NCBI GenBank assembly: GCA_002104945.1
Contig: MCFH01000008.1
Coordinates: 868,001 to 932,000, forward strand
Direction of reading: 5' to 3'
Length of the DNA: 64,000 nt
Origin: Piromyces finnis finn
Lineage: Eukaryota; Fungi; Neocallimastigomycota
A program made the translations under genes and the position numbers. Shown here piece after piece: positions 62,872 through 64,000 of the stretch. Below the pieces are notes generated by a model. The model was not told the DNA's origin. It did not search any database and was given only the letters and a program-made list of their open reading frames with translations. The stretch's first letter is position 1, and each line of letters opens with the position of its first letter.

Positions 62872-63185
62872 AAATTTTGTGAAACAAGTATAATTACTTA
62901 AAGTTTATATATTGTTTATTTAATAATAATATACAAGCTATTTTAATAAAAATTTTTTATTTTTATCTACATACACTTCACATAATTAATAATAATTATA
63001 TGAACAATTTTTTAAATATTTTTATATATATTTAATTTTATTAGTGTTGAAAAAATTAAAGAATAATATATATGAATAAATAATTTAGTAAAGTATTATA
63101 ACTCTTTAATAAACGTTTAAATGTTTAGATATAAACATAGAATAAATTATGTATATTACTTTTTTTATCTTATATTAATTTATTT

Positions 63186-64000
63186 TTAGTCTTCATCTGA
63201 GCCATCTGGTCCAAATTGAGAGTAATCAATTTTTTTACCTCTTGTACGTCTTCCACCAGAAATAATATTTTTAGTATCAAGGAAATCAAGTTCATTTTCT
63301 ATAGTATATAAAGAATATATAAATAAAGGCATGAATAATTCAAATACAATAAGTAAATTCTTTCTCTCAAATTATTATATTTAGATTTTGTTTTTCTTTC
63401 TCTTTGATTTACCTAATGTTTCATCATCTTCATCTTCAGAATCACTAGAATGACTTTTCTTTGCTCTCTTTGATGGCTTTTTGCTTTTACCGGATGATCC
63501 CTTACCTTTTTTTGTTGATTTTCTTTTTCTTTTTCTATCGTAACTAGAATCTTCATCAGATTCTGTTAATTCTTCTTCTTCTTCTTCCGATGATGAAACT
63601 ATTATTTTATAAATATTTAACAATAAAATATATTATATAATTTAATGAATATACTAATTTGAAAAATTTTTATAATTTAAATTTTCAAATTTCCAATTAT
63701 TAATAATTAGGTTATGTATATATAATACCTTCTTCTTCTTCTTCATCAGAATTAACAACAAATCCATCATCATCATCATAAGTATCTAAGTTCTTTCCTT
63801 TTTTAATTAACTCTCTTTCCTGTCTTTCATATTCAAGTTCTTGAAGTCTAGCTTGTTTTTCTAGGGCTGCATTAGATTTTCTTGAAGATGCACCAGATTG
63901 TTTTGAAACTTTTTTTGAAGTAATACTAATTTCGAAAATATATACATATGTTTAAATATCATTATTACTTTAGGAAAAAAAATATTTTGAAATGGTATAT
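63186..64000 (-). CDS. CHZ-domain histone chaperone (Chz1/HIRIP3-like); 3' part only, start lies beyond the window
   Basis: Acidic and Lys/Arg-rich tracts followed by the terminal exon ENELDFLDTKNIISGGRRTRGKKIDYSQFGPDGSDED*, which matches the CHZ motif (EIDTSNIITSGRRTRGKVIDY). Confidence 0.8.

Overview
Extremely AT-rich, intron-dense (GT-AG) eukaryotic genomic DNA. The composition, poly-Asn coding tracts, fungal-type Tra1/Sec8/Env7/Chz genes and flagellar genes point to a zoosporic fungus, most likely an anaerobic gut fungus (Neocallimastigomycota); this is an inference. I reconstructed 14 spliced protein-coding genes by hand. In order: ADCY10-like soluble adenylyl cyclase (partial), CCDC137-like, TOGARAM1/crescerin, STK16/Env7 kinase, a degenerate PICH/ERCC6L derivative with a PHD finger, EFHC1/Rib72, ZMYND10, TRRAP/Tra1, EXOC4/Sec8, DNAI7/CASC1, CCDC148-like, AXDND1, IFT122, a Fuzzy/MON1/HPS1-type tri-longin protein, and a CHZ-domain histone chaperone (partial); counting both partial genes the list has 15 loci. 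Main observations: (1) about half of the genes are flagellar/ciliary, including up to five in a row at 45-63 kb; (2) an 8-mer, AACTCCGA, recurs in the intergenic DNA upstream of four of these flagellar genes and may be an undescribed zoospore-flagellum cis-element; (3) an intact PICH-derived gene has lost its ATPase motifs and second RecA lobe and gained a PHD finger; (4) the sAC-like gene lacks one of its metal-binding Asp residues. I found no rRNA, tRNA, CRISPR or transposon sequence. Exon structures are manual and family calls rest on remembered motifs, not database searches.
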